A stretch of DNA of 61,637 bases, the filler included, from Candidatus Fermentibacterota bacterium (GTDB taxonomy: Bacteria > JAFGKV01), in NCBI GenBank assembly GCA_016928395.1. It is 3 parts of 3 records of this genome, joined end to end, with 100 filler letters (N's around TTAATTAATTAA, not from the genome) between each part and the next. Parts side by side here need not be neighbours in the genome. Positions count along the whole stretch, not along the records: positions 1 to 21,567 come from JAFGKV010000171.1; 2 more parts are not named here. One strand, given 5' to 3'. Below the pieces are notes generated by a model. The model was not told where the DNA came from, ran no database searches, and worked only from the letters and a program-made list of their open reading frames with translations. Position 1 is the stretch's first letter, and every line of letters starts with the position of its first letter. Both the position numbers and the translations under genes were made by a program. Below, piece by piece: positions 9,959 through 19,351 of this stretch.

Positions 9959-11883
9959 CCTCGCTGATCGCCTGCCTTGCGCTCCTTCTGGCGAGCGGAC
10001 CCGCGACCAAGGCCAGAGCCCCCACAGACTCCACCGCGGTGTCGCTTGCTGACTCTGTGAGTCTTCTCGCGGGTCCAGTCCTTGGCCTCATAGTGCCTCC
10101 CATGGGTATCGTGACCACGGACAGCATGAACTGGTGGCCTCCGGGTGTGGAGGAGGTGCTGGGTCATTCCCCAGTTACCACGGAAGGGCGGGAACGAGGG
10201 CTCGGATGCGTCGTTGTCGGAGAGCTCACGCCGGGTACTCCAGGAGTGGTGTGGCACGGCCTGCCTCTGGAGTGGTACGCTGAGCTGGGTGGCGACATAA
10301 GCCCGATGGCTGGCGCGGCGTGCGCTGAGCTGCGCACCGGCCGGGTTCCACCCTGGATGGGTTCAGGGTCCGGAACCATCCGCGTGGAGCCGTGGGAAGC
10401 GGTGGTTGCCTCACCCCTGACCGGAGTGCAAGTGTTGCGAGGCGACCACAATGACCGCTCCTATGGCGTGGGACTTTCCACGGGGGTCAGCACCTCGGTA
10501 TTCTCGTTGTTCTCCGTTGCGCTCAGCAAGGGTGATGGGGCTCGCACAAACGCCGACTACAGCCGAACCCAGTATGATCTTCGCCTGGATCTGAGGCTTC
10601 CGGTAGTGGACGCCTGCCGGATCACGATCCAGCGCGGTAGTCTCGACCGAGGAGATCCAGGGCCTGATCCTCGTCTGTGGCCCGACGATGGCACTGGCGA
10701 CCCCCGTAGCCCGTGGTTCTGGGTCTCGCAGCAATCCGGTGCCCGGGACGCCATGTGGTTGGATGATCGCGAGAGTATCGACAGGACGCTCCTGGCCCTT
10801 CAGCTCGATGTGCCACTACGCCGCCGGCCTTTGTCGGCAGTGATCTTGGAAGAAGAGCTTGATGTCGAACGGGTGCAGAGCGTTCCGATCATGGGGGATC
10901 AACCCGTGCGACGGATTGCCCAGGGAGATCTGAGGGCACGTCGCAGGGCTCTGGTCTCGCGAGTATCGCTGGTTGCCGCCGACGAAGAAAGCCTCTGGGC
11001 GGGGTTGTCGCTGGAGCATGTTACCCGGGATGTGCACCTGGCATGGTCTGAGGGTGATTCAGCCTGGACGGAGAGCCTGAGCGATGAGTTGCGAAGGGTG
11101 CGCGCCGGCGTAGGGTTCGGATTACCGGGGATCCAGGCGACCTTTACTGCCACCAATTCACCCTGGGGAACTGCGTTCTCGTGGGGCGGTACGGCAGAGC
11201 GCAGCTTTGGAGCGCTCGTTGTGGATGCCGGCATGTCCGCCACGGCGGAGGAGCGGCGGCTCGAAGACCTATGGGAAGACCGCCTTGCGGGAGGCGACAC
11301 GTCCCCCCGGCCCCGCGGCACTTTGGGATCGGCATGGCTTGAAGTCGCGCGGGAGTCGGTTCTTGGCAGCATTACCGCGGGCATTGCGGCGGGGTGGGGA
11401 AGAGAGGTGTGGGGGTGGTGCCAGGATGAGAATCTGGCGCCCGGAGCTATGCGCCGTTGGGGACCGGTTTCGACCACCGCGACCGGTGTCACTGCCGCAT
11501 GGTATGCCGCGCCGGCACGAGGGGTCGAGATAGGTGCACGGGCACGGGTCCTTCCGTGGCGGGTCGGCGATGACCCACTCGCCCGGTGGCCCGAGACGAT
11601 GGGGGCCGGTACGGTCACGCTACAGCGGGCAATTGGACGCGCCGCGACGCCAAAGATCAACCTGACAGTCAAGTACGTAGGGACGCGCCATGCCGGCGAG
11701 GGAGGCACACTTGCCCTCGATCCTTATTGGCAGGTCGATGGCCACGCAGCCGTGGAGATCGGTGATTTCGTCCTTCGGCTGGTGGTCGAGAATCTCACTG
11801 GCGCGCGCCATGAGGAGGAACGAGGCTATTCGGTAGACGGCCTTCGCTTCCGCGCCGGGTTCACTTGGCTGTTCTGGGATTGA
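9955..11883 (+). CDS. Putative outer-membrane beta-barrel (TonB-dependent-receptor/porin-like), probable non-canonical start
   Basis: Alternating amphipathic strands; C-terminal VENLTGARHEEERGYSVDGLRFRAGFTWLFWD resembles TBDR ends. A signal-peptide-like stretch lies in frame upstream of the first GTG (10039). Confidence 0.6.
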   Translation: MASLIACLALLLASGPATKARAPTDSTAVSLADSVSLLAGPVLGLIVPPMGIVTTDSMNWWPPGVEEVLGHSPVTTEGRERGLGCVVVGELTPGTPGVVWHGLPLEWYAELGGDISPMAGAACAELRTGRVPPWMGSGSGTIRVEPWEAVVASPLTGVQVLRGDHNDRSYGVGLSTGVSTSVFSLFSVALSKGDGARTNADYSRTQYDLRLDLRLPVVDACRITIQRGSLDRGDPGPDPRLWPDDGTGDPRSPWFWVSQQSGARDAMWLDDRESIDRTLLALQLDVPLRRRPLSAVILEEELDVERVQSVPIMGDQPVRRIAQGDLRARRRALVSRVSLVAADEESLWAGLSLEHVTRDVHLAWSEGDSAWTESLSDELRRVRAGVGFGLPGIQATFTATNSPWGTAFSWGGTAERSFGALVVDAGMSATAEERRLEDLWEDRLAGGDTSPRPRGTLGSAWLEVARESVLGSITAGIAAGWGREVWGWCQDENLAPGAMRRWGPVSTTATGVTAAWYAAPARGVEIGARARVLPWRVGDDPLARWPETMGAGTVTLQRAIGRAATPKINLTVKYVGTRHAGEGGTLALDPYWQVDGHAAVEIGDFVLRLVVENLTGARHEEERGYSVDGLRFRAGFTWLFWD

Positions 11884-12008
11884 GCCTGGCCTCCCAGGTG
11901 TGCAGGGGTGCGTAGACGTCACTCTACACTGCCCACGCTACGAGGGCAGGCTCAAGGGTCCATGGTCCAGGCACGCCCCCGCAGCCCTCCGTTGTGCGAT
12001 TCTTCCTC

Positions 12009-13580
12009 TTACCGTCGATAGATCTGATCCAGAAAGATCTGGACCGGTGGCGGCGAATCGGTGCGACCATCAATGAAGAACACAGGGCAAGGGAACAGCG
12101 TGTCTTCAAGGGCGCCCGCAAACGCCATGTCGTGCCGGGTCATTGATGTCTCGTATCCGTTCTGCTGCATGAACTCCCACCATGACATGACATCTTCCTG
12201 GCATGATACCACGATGCGTGGGGCACAGGCCTCGTCGGCGCGGTATGGTCGCATCAGGAATGTACTGCCGTAGATCATCTCTCGGCTGCCGCCCACGCAG
12301 CGGGCTCCGGCTTCATACTCCAGGCGAAGGGGTATGTGATCCCAGAATGGTGCCGGCATGAGAATGAGCGATGCAGGGGTGGACCTCTGCGCTGCAACCA
12401 CGGTGTCGATGAGGGATGACTCCTGGAAGAGGGGGCCTTTTCCCCACCACCGGAACCCCTCATGAGCCGCCCCACCGGCACAGGGCCTGGCCATAGCTCC
12501 GCTCACCAGCGCGTAGCACAGGATAAGCATCACCACAGGCCGCAGCCGTTTCCTCCTCCACAAGCCTCCCAGGACGACTCCTGCCATGACGCAGCCGGTG
12601 ACCAGGCACAGGGAAAACCGGTAGATTCTGAACTCCAGATCGATGAAGGAGAAGACCGCAACCAGAAACCAGAAGGCCACGAGACAGAGCCGGACAAGGG
12701 GATTGGCCCGGTGCGTGATCAGGCACGCGGCCGACGCGGCAAGCAGAATCGCACCCATGGCCGGATCGACGTGGTTCAGCTCGAACCGCGGCCACTTCCG
12801 GATATCGCTCAGCCCTCCGCCTATCAAGAACTCCATGAACCGCCCGTTTATGGCGCGCTTGGCGAGCACCGTCGATGCGATGTGCTGCTGAGCGATGCTG
12901 ATCCCTCCCAGCGTCGCGAAACGCTCCCGAGCGCCGAGATTCCAGGCGAAGTACGGCATGATGAGAATGCCCCACAACAGCACGGCAACCCACGGGCCAG
13001 GAGTGCGCAGCCACCGGCGCGACTGGGAGGAGGCCAGGAGATAGAGCCCCGCCATCGGCGCCAGAAGCAGGGCAAACTCGTGGGTCCAGAACGACAGAGC
13101 CAGAAGCGCAGCTGCGCCCAGTGCTTCGACGGTAGACCTCCTGTATTCCGCGCGGAGTACCAGCATGAAACCCACAATCCCGAACAGCAGGTAGAGCATC
13201 TCCTGCATGAAGTATGCCGACCATGCGATCAGGAAGTTGTTGGAGGCTGCCAGCAGGCCTGCGACGAGCCCGGCGGCAGGGTTTGCCCAGCGCCACAGGG
13301 ACCAGGCCACCAACACCGGTATGAGGGCTCCGGCCAGCAATGACGGGACTCTGAGCACCCATGGGTCGTGGGGAGCCATGCGATACAGAGGCCATGCGGC
13401 GATGACAGCCAGGGGAGTGTGATCCCCTACCTTTGGGGGCAGATAGAAGGAACGGGGCGAGAGTGAAATGTCCCTCAGGCCAGGCACGAGGTCACGTTCC
13501 TCCCAGCGCAGAGGGCCGCCGATGTGGGGGATTCGGAGGCCAAGGGCCACCACGAACAGGCAGACGAGCCAGGGCTTCAC
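12009..13580 (-). CDS. GT-C membrane glycosyltransferase (ArnT/PMT-like)
   Basis: Multi-TM protein with LRWEE, DHTPL, RVPSLLAG and a soluble C-terminal domain; GTG start overlaps the upstream TGA. Confidence 0.75.
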   Translation of the reverse strand: MKPWLVCLFVVALGLRIPHIGGPLRWEERDLVPGLRDISLSPRSFYLPPKVGDHTPLAVIAAWPLYRMAPHDPWVLRVPSLLAGALIPVLVAWSLWRWANPAAGLVAGLLAASNNFLIAWSAYFMQEMLYLLFGIVGFMLVLRAEYRRSTVEALGAAALLALSFWTHEFALLLAPMAGLYLLASSQSRRWLRTPGPWVAVLLWGILIMPYFAWNLGARERFATLGGISIAQQHIASTVLAKRAINGRFMEFLIGGGLSDIRKWPRFELNHVDPAMGAILLAASAACLITHRANPLVRLCLVAFWFLVAVFSFIDLEFRIYRFSLCLVTGCVMAGVVLGGLWRRKRLRPVVMLILCYALVSGAMARPCAGGAAHEGFRWWGKGPLFQESSLIDTVVAAQRSTPASLILMPAPFWDHIPLRLEYEAGARCVGGSREMIYGSTFLMRPYRADEACAPRIVVSCQEDVMSWWEFMQQNGYETSMTRHDMAFAGALEDTLFPCPVFFIDGRTDSPPPVQIFLDQIYRR

Positions 13581-14389
13581 GCGATGTGGACACTCTGTTC
13601 CCGCGCCGCCCACACGCGGGGGAACTCTCGGGCGGCCTGTCGCTCCATCTCCTCCAGAGCTTCATCCTCATGGGACGGCTCGTGATGGAACAGAACCAGT
13701 TGGCGTACTCCTGCAGCATGGGCCAGCTCTACTCCATGGCGCCATGTCGAGTGCCCATGACCAATGTGTGCCGGGTACTCCTCGGGAAAATACGTGCAAT
13801 CATAGAACAGGAGATCGGCGCCCGTGGCCAAGGCGGCAAGGTTGGTGTCGATGCCGGAGGGGAAGTGCTCCGTGTCGGTGGCGTACACGAGAGAGGTTCC
13901 CTCGCACTGGATGCGATAGGCGAATCCACCTCCGGGGTGGTTGGTCTGCGCGCGGGAAACCAGAAAAGGTCCCATCTGCCACCTCGCTGCATTGGGCCAT
14001 TTCTGGAAATCAAGAGAGGCATGGAGGGCGGACAGCGGTACGGGGAAGTATGGGTGCTGCATCTGACCACACAAGGCCTGCTCCCACGTCCCGCCGGCAG
14101 TTGGTCCTCCCATGATATGCAGGCACCCCCCGGCATCATAGGCGGGGCCGAAAAAGGGGAACCCCTGGATGTGATCCCAATGCACGTGAGAGAACAGGAG
14201 ATAGATATCGCGGCGGGGACCGGCCTCGGCCAACTGCCTTCCCAGAGGGAAGATGCCGGTGCCCGCGTCGAGGATCAGCACCGCGCCGGAAGCGGCGGTG
14301 CACGCAACGCACGGGGTGTTGCCGCCGAATGCGGAGGGACGACTGCCCAATGGCAGGCTGCCCCGTGCACCGAAAACGCGGATCTCCAC
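13577..14389 (-). CDS. MBL-fold metallo-hydrolase (RNase Z/phosphodiesterase-like)
   Basis: GARGS, GGNTPC, DAGTG, SHVHWDHIQG, TDTEH, GHST and FHHEP motifs. Confidence 0.9.
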   Translation of the reverse strand: MEIRVFGARGSLPLGSRPSAFGGNTPCVACTAASGAVLILDAGTGIFPLGRQLAEAGPRRDIYLLFSHVHWDHIQGFPFFGPAYDAGGCLHIMGGPTAGGTWEQALCGQMQHPYFPVPLSALHASLDFQKWPNAARWQMGPFLVSRAQTNHPGGGFAYRIQCEGTSLVYATDTEHFPSGIDTNLAALATGADLLFYDCTYFPEEYPAHIGHGHSTWRHGVELAHAAGVRQLVLFHHEPSHEDEALEEMERQAAREFPRVWAAREQSVHIA

Positions 14390-14550
14390 GGACGATTCCT
14401 CCTGCTAGGGTCTGATGCCCCCTTCTGACAACGGGGCTATCAGTGCCCGGGGCGGGCACTGCTGGGGTTGTCGAAGGGCCAAAGTGTAGAGGAGGAGGCC
14501 TCGCGGTCAAGGAATCATCTCGCGGGGTATCGATGCGCCGGACAAAAGGG

Positions 14551-14580
14551 TTGACACAGGCGCGGGTGGTATGCATAACT
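14551..14580 (+). promoter_or_regulatory. Candidate sigma70 promoter of exbB-exbD-exbD-tonB
   Basis: Perfect TTGACA at 14551 followed by TATGCATAACT; the -10 match is imperfect. Confidence 0.35.
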
Positions 14581-14680
14581 GGCTTGTTGTCGTTGGCGGT
14601 GGATGGTCCGCAGGAACAAGCCAGCGGAGCCGGGCCATCTCGTGTGTCCTGAGAGGTACAGGAGAGAAGGAGGGAATGGC

Positions 14681-15319
14681 GTGGTCAAGTTCTTTCACGA
14701 TGGCGGAGACCTTATGTGGCCGTTGCTCGCATGTGCGATCTTCGGTATCGGTGTCATCTTCTGGAGACTCGTCGTGCTCACCCGAGCCGGCGCTTCATCG
14801 AAGAGGGTGATCAAGGCGCTCCGACAGGCTATCAGCGACGGCAATATCCAGCAAGCGATTGAGATCTGTGAGAATGCCAGTGGTCCGGTGGCAGTGATCA
14901 TGCTCGCCGGCCTCAGAAGGGTTCAGCGAGGGCCGGAATCGGTGGCCAAGGCCATCGAGAACTCCGGAACTCTCGAGATGGCCTTCCTGGAACGGGGGCT
15001 CATCTGGCTGGCCACCATCTCCACCATCGCTCCGATGTTGGGCTTCCTTGGCACGACATTGGGCATGGTGTCGGCCTTTAACGCTATCGAAGTGGCCGGC
15101 GAGGTTGAAGCTACGCTGGTGGCCGGCGGTATCAAAATCGCCTTGATCACCACCGTCACGGGCCTGGCGGTCGCCATTCCCATGAACATCTTCTACAACT
15201 ACTTTGTGACTCGGATCGACGCATTGATCCTTGATATGGAGGAAAGCTCTGCGCACCTTCTGGATACCCTGGAGCGTACCACCGGAACCCAGACGGCGGA
15301 GTCGGGGGTGCTGATCTAG
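14681..15319 (+). CDS. exbB: MotA/TolQ/ExbB proton channel protein
   Basis: GGDLMWPL, LATISTIAPMLGFLGTTLGM and GIKIALITTVTGL; SD GGAGG before GTG 14681. Confidence 0.92.
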   Translation: MVKFFHDGGDLMWPLLACAIFGIGVIFWRLVVLTRAGASSKRVIKALRQAISDGNIQQAIEICENASGPVAVIMLAGLRRVQRGPESVAKAIENSGTLEMAFLERGLIWLATISTIAPMLGFLGTTLGMVSAFNAIEVAGEVEATLVAGGIKIALITTVTGLAVAIPMNIFYNYFVTRIDALILDMEESSAHLLDTLERTTGTQTAESGVLI

Positions 15320-15332
15320 GGGGGAGGACACC

Positions 15333-15761
15333 ATGAAGCGCAGGACAAGGGTTGCTGCTGAGATCCCGACTGCTTCTATGGCAGACATCGCGTTCCTGCT
15401 GCTCGTCTTCTTTCTCGTCACGACCAACTTCATGGAGGAAAAGGGGCTTGGGCTCATCCTTCCGGAGCCCACCACCGACCCTTCGGTATCCGTCAGGATT
15501 CCGAAGAAGAACATGATGTATTTCATAGTCTACGCCAAGAACAGGGTTGTGATGAAGCATCAGGACGAGGAGCGGCAGATGCCCGTTAGCGAGATCCGTG
15601 GTTTCGTGCGTTCCAGCCTGGAACTCAACGAGAACCTCATCGTTAGCCTCAAGCCGGCACCCGACGCTCCCTACGAAGCAATGATAGATGTGCTCGACGA
15701 GCTGCGGGCCGCGGATGCCAAGCGGATCTCCTTGAGTCAGCTCAAGCCGACCGAGGGCTAG
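15333..15761 (+). CDS. exbD: Biopolymer transport protein ExbD/TolR
   Basis: EIPTASMADIAFLLLVFFLVTT with the conserved TM Asp. Confidence 0.92.
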   Translation: MKRRTRVAAEIPTASMADIAFLLLVFFLVTTNFMEEKGLGLILPEPTTDPSVSVRIPKKNMMYFIVYAKNRVVMKHQDEERQMPVSEIRGFVRSSLELNENLIVSLKPAPDAPYEAMIDVLDELRAADAKRISLSQLKPTEG

Positions 15762-15771
15762 GAGGGGGACG

Positions 15772-16185
15772 ATGGGAAGCTTCAAACGACGGACCAAGGT
15801 CGATACATCGATCCCTTCGTGCTCTTTAGCGGATATGGCGTTTCTGCTGTTGATCTTCTTTATGGTTACCACGGCGTTTAAGACCGAGGAGGGTCTGAAG
15901 ATCGTGTTGCCCCAGGCCGAGATGACCAAGAAGATCCAGAAGAAGCAGGATATTCAGCACGTATGGGTCAATCGGGCGGGCGCCATATCGGTCAATGATT
16001 TGCCGGTGAGCCCCTACCAGATGGCCCAGATTCTGAACAAGCGCTTGCAGACCACCCCCGCCATGGTCGTTGGCTTGCGGGCGGATTCCAATGCTCCCTA
16101 CAATGTGGTCAATGAGATCTTGGAGAACTGCCGTATTGCGGGAGCATATCGCGTCCAGTTCGCGACTCAGAAGCGGAAGCAGTAG
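15772..16185 (+). CDS. exbD: Biopolymer transport protein ExbD/TolR (second copy)
   Basis: SLADMAFLLLIFFMVTT and LRADSNAPY. Confidence 0.92.
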   Translation: MGSFKRRTKVDTSIPSCSLADMAFLLLIFFMVTTAFKTEEGLKIVLPQAEMTKKIQKKQDIQHVWVNRAGAISVNDLPVSPYQMAQILNKRLQTTPAMVVGLRADSNAPYNVVNEILENCRIAGAYRVQFATQKRKQ

Positions 16186-16201
16186 CGCCGGAGGGCTATC
16201 T

Positions 16202-16834
16202 ATGGCAGAGATCAAGACATTCCTCCTGAGGCGGGAGGCGCCTGAGATCCTGAAAAAGGGAGTGCTCCTTTCACTTCTGCTTTGCCTGTTCACGCTCCTG
16301 GCTGTTCCCGAGTACAAGATCAAGATTAGAACGATGCAGGAACGCAAGATCGAGACTCTGGATCTTCCGCCGGAATTGACGGTACCGCAGAAGGAGAAGG
16401 CGGAAGTCCCCAGGCCGACCATTCCGGTGGAGGCCGAGGAAGACGAGGATGTCCCTGAGGATGTCACCATCCAGGAGACCATTCTCGACGCGGAAACCGC
16501 TGCCGTTCTTCCCACCGAACCGCCGCCTCAGCTTCCGGAATTCGGCAAGTTCGTTGCGTACGACACCAAGCCTGAGTTTATCCGCTATGCCACGCCCGAC
16601 TATCCCGAGATGGCCAAGAAGGCCGGCATAGAGGGCACGGTACTGGCGCAGCTTCTGGTAGGCGCCGATGGCAAGGTGTACGATGTGCGCGTCATGAGCG
16701 GCCCGGATATCTTCCACGAACAGGTGAAGGCGGCGGCGCTTTCATCACTTTTCTCTCCCGCCAAGCAGCGGGACAAGCCCGTGGCGGTCTGGGTCGCGGT
16801 GCCGTATCGTTTCAGCCTCAGGGATGCTCGCTGA
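16202..16834 (+). CDS. tonB: Energy transducer TonB
   Basis: N-terminal TM, Pro/Glu-rich linker and TonB_C motif PDYPEMAKKAGIEGTV...PAKQRDKPVAVW. Confidence 0.9.
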   Translation: MAEIKTFLLRREAPEILKKGVLLSLLLCLFTLLAVPEYKIKIRTMQERKIETLDLPPELTVPQKEKAEVPRPTIPVEAEEDEDVPEDVTIQETILDAETAAVLPTEPPPQLPEFGKFVAYDTKPEFIRYATPDYPEMAKKAGIEGTVLAQLLVGADGKVYDVRVMSGPDIFHEQVKAAALSSLFSPAKQRDKPVAVWVAVPYRFSLRDAR

Positions 16835-17011
16835 ACTGTGGTTTGTACCCGAGGCTTCGTGACGTTTCCAACTGTGACGGAATCTTTCATGGGTGCGTCG
16901 CGAGGATTGCCTTCTGTGTGGTGGCTCCTCGTGGTGCATCGTGTTCCATGAACGCCACAGGCAACGGATTCGAGTAGGAGAAGGAGTCTTCCACCGACAG
17001 GAGGTGTACGC

Positions 17012-19276
17012 GTGAGACTCACAGTGTTAAGTGTCATTGTATCCTTGATGCTGGCCGGCACAGCATCGGCCACTCTGCATCAAGACGCCAAGGCGCCGGC
17101 GCCGGGCCGAACCTCCGTCGCCATGCCTCGCGACGGCCTCGCCCAGGATCCCAATGGCCCCCCGTCACCGGCCATGCCTCCTGCACAGGAATCGCAGCGT
17201 TCGCCCGCCGATTTTCCCGATGCAGGGTTTAACTGGGTGCTGGGCCAGGGGATCATGTATCCGTCCACAGCCACCGGCAGCAAGATGCTCGGCCCCCTCT
17301 GCTACTACAATACCCGCAAGGTTGTTGGCGGCGATGACGAGGTGTTCGTGGCCGGCTGGGAAGCCGGCTCCGACGCCGATAATGAAATCATGATCACCAG
17401 TTGGGATTCGTTCTTCGGTCTATGGAGCCCCCCGGCTCCTATCAGCGAGTCCCCCACCGATGCCGGGCGGGTGGATCTGGCGCGGGGCGCGGACGGTACG
17501 ATTCACGCGGCATGGCATCAGAACTACAGCGCCTCCACCAGCGTATACGAGATCTTCTACGCCCAGCTTCCCGCGGGCGGGTTTCAATGGAGCGCACCGG
17601 TTCGGGTCTCCTTGGCGGACGCCACGGAATCCAACTTCCCCAATGTCGGCGTCGACAATGCCGGCAACGTGACGGTCCGGTGGGCAGAGCTGCTCCGGGA
17701 TGCGTCGGGCGGGATCGCGGAGTACCGGGGCTACGCGGTCAACACCTCCACCGACAATGGCGTGACCTGGAGCGATGACAATGTGCGGGTCGCCGCTCAG
17801 GGAGGAGAGAGGATCTACGGTGCTATGTGCGTGGATCCGATCTCCGGGGATATCTATCTCGTCGATTTCGATCCCGACGTGGATCCCGCGGACGAGTATG
17901 ATGACCTTATCGTGTATCACTACAACAAGGCCACCGATACGTGGGAAGGCCCTGAGATCATCGTCTACGCCGGTGGGCCGGATGAGCCGCTTCTCCACGC
18001 CGTCATGTACCCGTCGGCAGCGGTGGGCCCCGACGGGACAGTGCATGTTCTCTATGCCCAGACGACCAACACCGACCCAGGCTACATCTGGGTTGATACC
18101 CAGGTCGGAATGCCCGTGGCGGCGCAGCTCTACATGATCAGCGGCACCTATGGGAACTGGGGCGCCCCCGAGGCGATTTACCCCGGCACCGATGGAATCT
18201 ATGAGGGCTATGAAGGCGTCTATCCTGATTCCACCTGGCTGCAGTTCTGCAGCTTTGCCCAGGTTGGTCTCGATGCCAACAACCGCATCTACGTCGCGAC
18301 CCGTGCCTACGAATACTACAATGGCGGGTATCTGACCGGATTCAGTGACATGAACTCCGATCTGGCTGGTGGCAACTGGCAGCCTGAGGAGTGGATCGCG
18401 GCCAAGGATCTGAACCGCAACGGCGAATGGGTGTGGACCCGCGGATCCGACATCAACCTTCGCCCCGACAGTATCGGCGTGAAGTACTCGAAGGTTCCGG
18501 AACGCATGCCGACCGGCGGCGCCTGCGCCGTGTGGGACGAGACCTACACCGGCTATATGCCCGAGAAGGTTATGTTCGTTCGTCTCACCGACTTCACAGC
18601 CCCCGGGCCTCTGACCGATATCGTCCCCACTCGACCCGTTGAGAACGGCCCGGTGACCTTCACGTGGACTAATCCTGCAGATGAGGATCTGGCTGGCGTT
18701 CAGGTTATCCGGCTGACCACGGGGAAAGGTCATCTGGTCGGCCTGCGGCGTGGCCTCATTCCGCTGAACGACGCGGGTGAATGGTTGTACGATCAGGAGA
18801 ATGACGTCTTCGTGCTGGAGCCGGAGGAGGGTGAACCTATGCCGACGGAGTGGACCGATGAGACTGCTCCCGCAGGCACGGTCTACTACACGTTCGTACC
18901 CTACGACGTGAATCTGCATCACCTCTATCCCATACCTGATCACGCCTGTGTCCGCGTGGATTCCATAGTGGTGGGTAGCGGCCCGGCCCAACGTCCTTCC
19001 AGCCTCCAGTTGGATGGGTTGTCGCCCAACCCGGCCATATCCGGTACGGACATTCGTTTCGCAGTAGCCGAGGCGGGGCAGGTGCGCATCGCGATGTACG
19101 ACGTCAGCGGCCGCTGCGTGGCAACGCTGATGGACGGGCGCGTTGATGCCGGCCTCGACACCGTACGTTGGGATCTCACCGCCACTGACGGCTCGCGAGT
19201 CGGCAATGGCGTGTATGTCTGCCGTCTCGAGCAAGGATCCAGGAGCACCTCACGGCACGTGGTAGTCGTGCGCTGA
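17012..19276 (+). CDS. Secreted protein with BNR/Asp-box propeller-like region and FlgD-Ig/T9SS-type C-terminal domain
   Basis: Signal peptide (..AGTASA), Asp-box STDNGVTW, and C-terminal SPNP...MYDVSGRCVATL...WDLTATDGSRVGNGVYVCRL; SD AGGAGGT. Confidence 0.8.
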   Translation: MRLTVLSVIVSLMLAGTASATLHQDAKAPAPGRTSVAMPRDGLAQDPNGPPSPAMPPAQESQRSPADFPDAGFNWVLGQGIMYPSTATGSKMLGPLCYYNTRKVVGGDDEVFVAGWEAGSDADNEIMITSWDSFFGLWSPPAPISESPTDAGRVDLARGADGTIHAAWHQNYSASTSVYEIFYAQLPAGGFQWSAPVRVSLADATESNFPNVGVDNAGNVTVRWAELLRDASGGIAEYRGYAVNTSTDNGVTWSDDNVRVAAQGGERIYGAMCVDPISGDIYLVDFDPDVDPADEYDDLIVYHYNKATDTWEGPEIIVYAGGPDEPLLHAVMYPSAAVGPDGTVHVLYAQTTNTDPGYIWVDTQVGMPVAAQLYMISGTYGNWGAPEAIYPGTDGIYEGYEGVYPDSTWLQFCSFAQVGLDANNRIYVATRAYEYYNGGYLTGFSDMNSDLAGGNWQPEEWIAAKDLNRNGEWVWTRGSDINLRPDSIGVKYSKVPERMPTGGACAVWDETYTGYMPEKVMFVRLTDFTAPGPLTDIVPTRPVENGPVTFTWTNPADEDLAGVQVIRLTTGKGHLVGLRRGLIPLNDAGEWLYDQENDVFVLEPEEGEPMPTEWTDETAPAGTVYYTFVPYDVNLHHLYPIPDHACVRVDSIVVGSGPAQRPSSLQLDGLSPNPAISGTDIRFAVAEAGQVRIAMYDVSGRCVATLMDGRVDAGLDTVRWDLTATDGSRVGNGVYVCRLEQGSRSTSRHVVVVR

Positions 19277-19297
19277 TCCTCGGACGTTCTACACACT

Positions 19298-19333
19298 ACG
19301 GCTCCCGGCTTCGGCCGGGAGCCGTCTATGTTT
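19298..19333 (+). terminator. Stem-loop, probable intrinsic terminator
   Basis: ACGGCTCCCGGC-TTCG-GCCGGGAGCCGT, a 12-bp perfect stem with cUUCGg loop, followed by CTATGTTT. Confidence 0.75.
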
Positions 19334-19351
19334 CGTTGAAGGGACCCTGCC

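Noticed and set aside
17420-19234. Long antisense ORFs (604 aa here; others such as 3559-4719 and 44731-46056)
   Set aside because: They are shadows of well-supported genes on the opposite strand in GC-rich DNA and carry no recognisable motifs.
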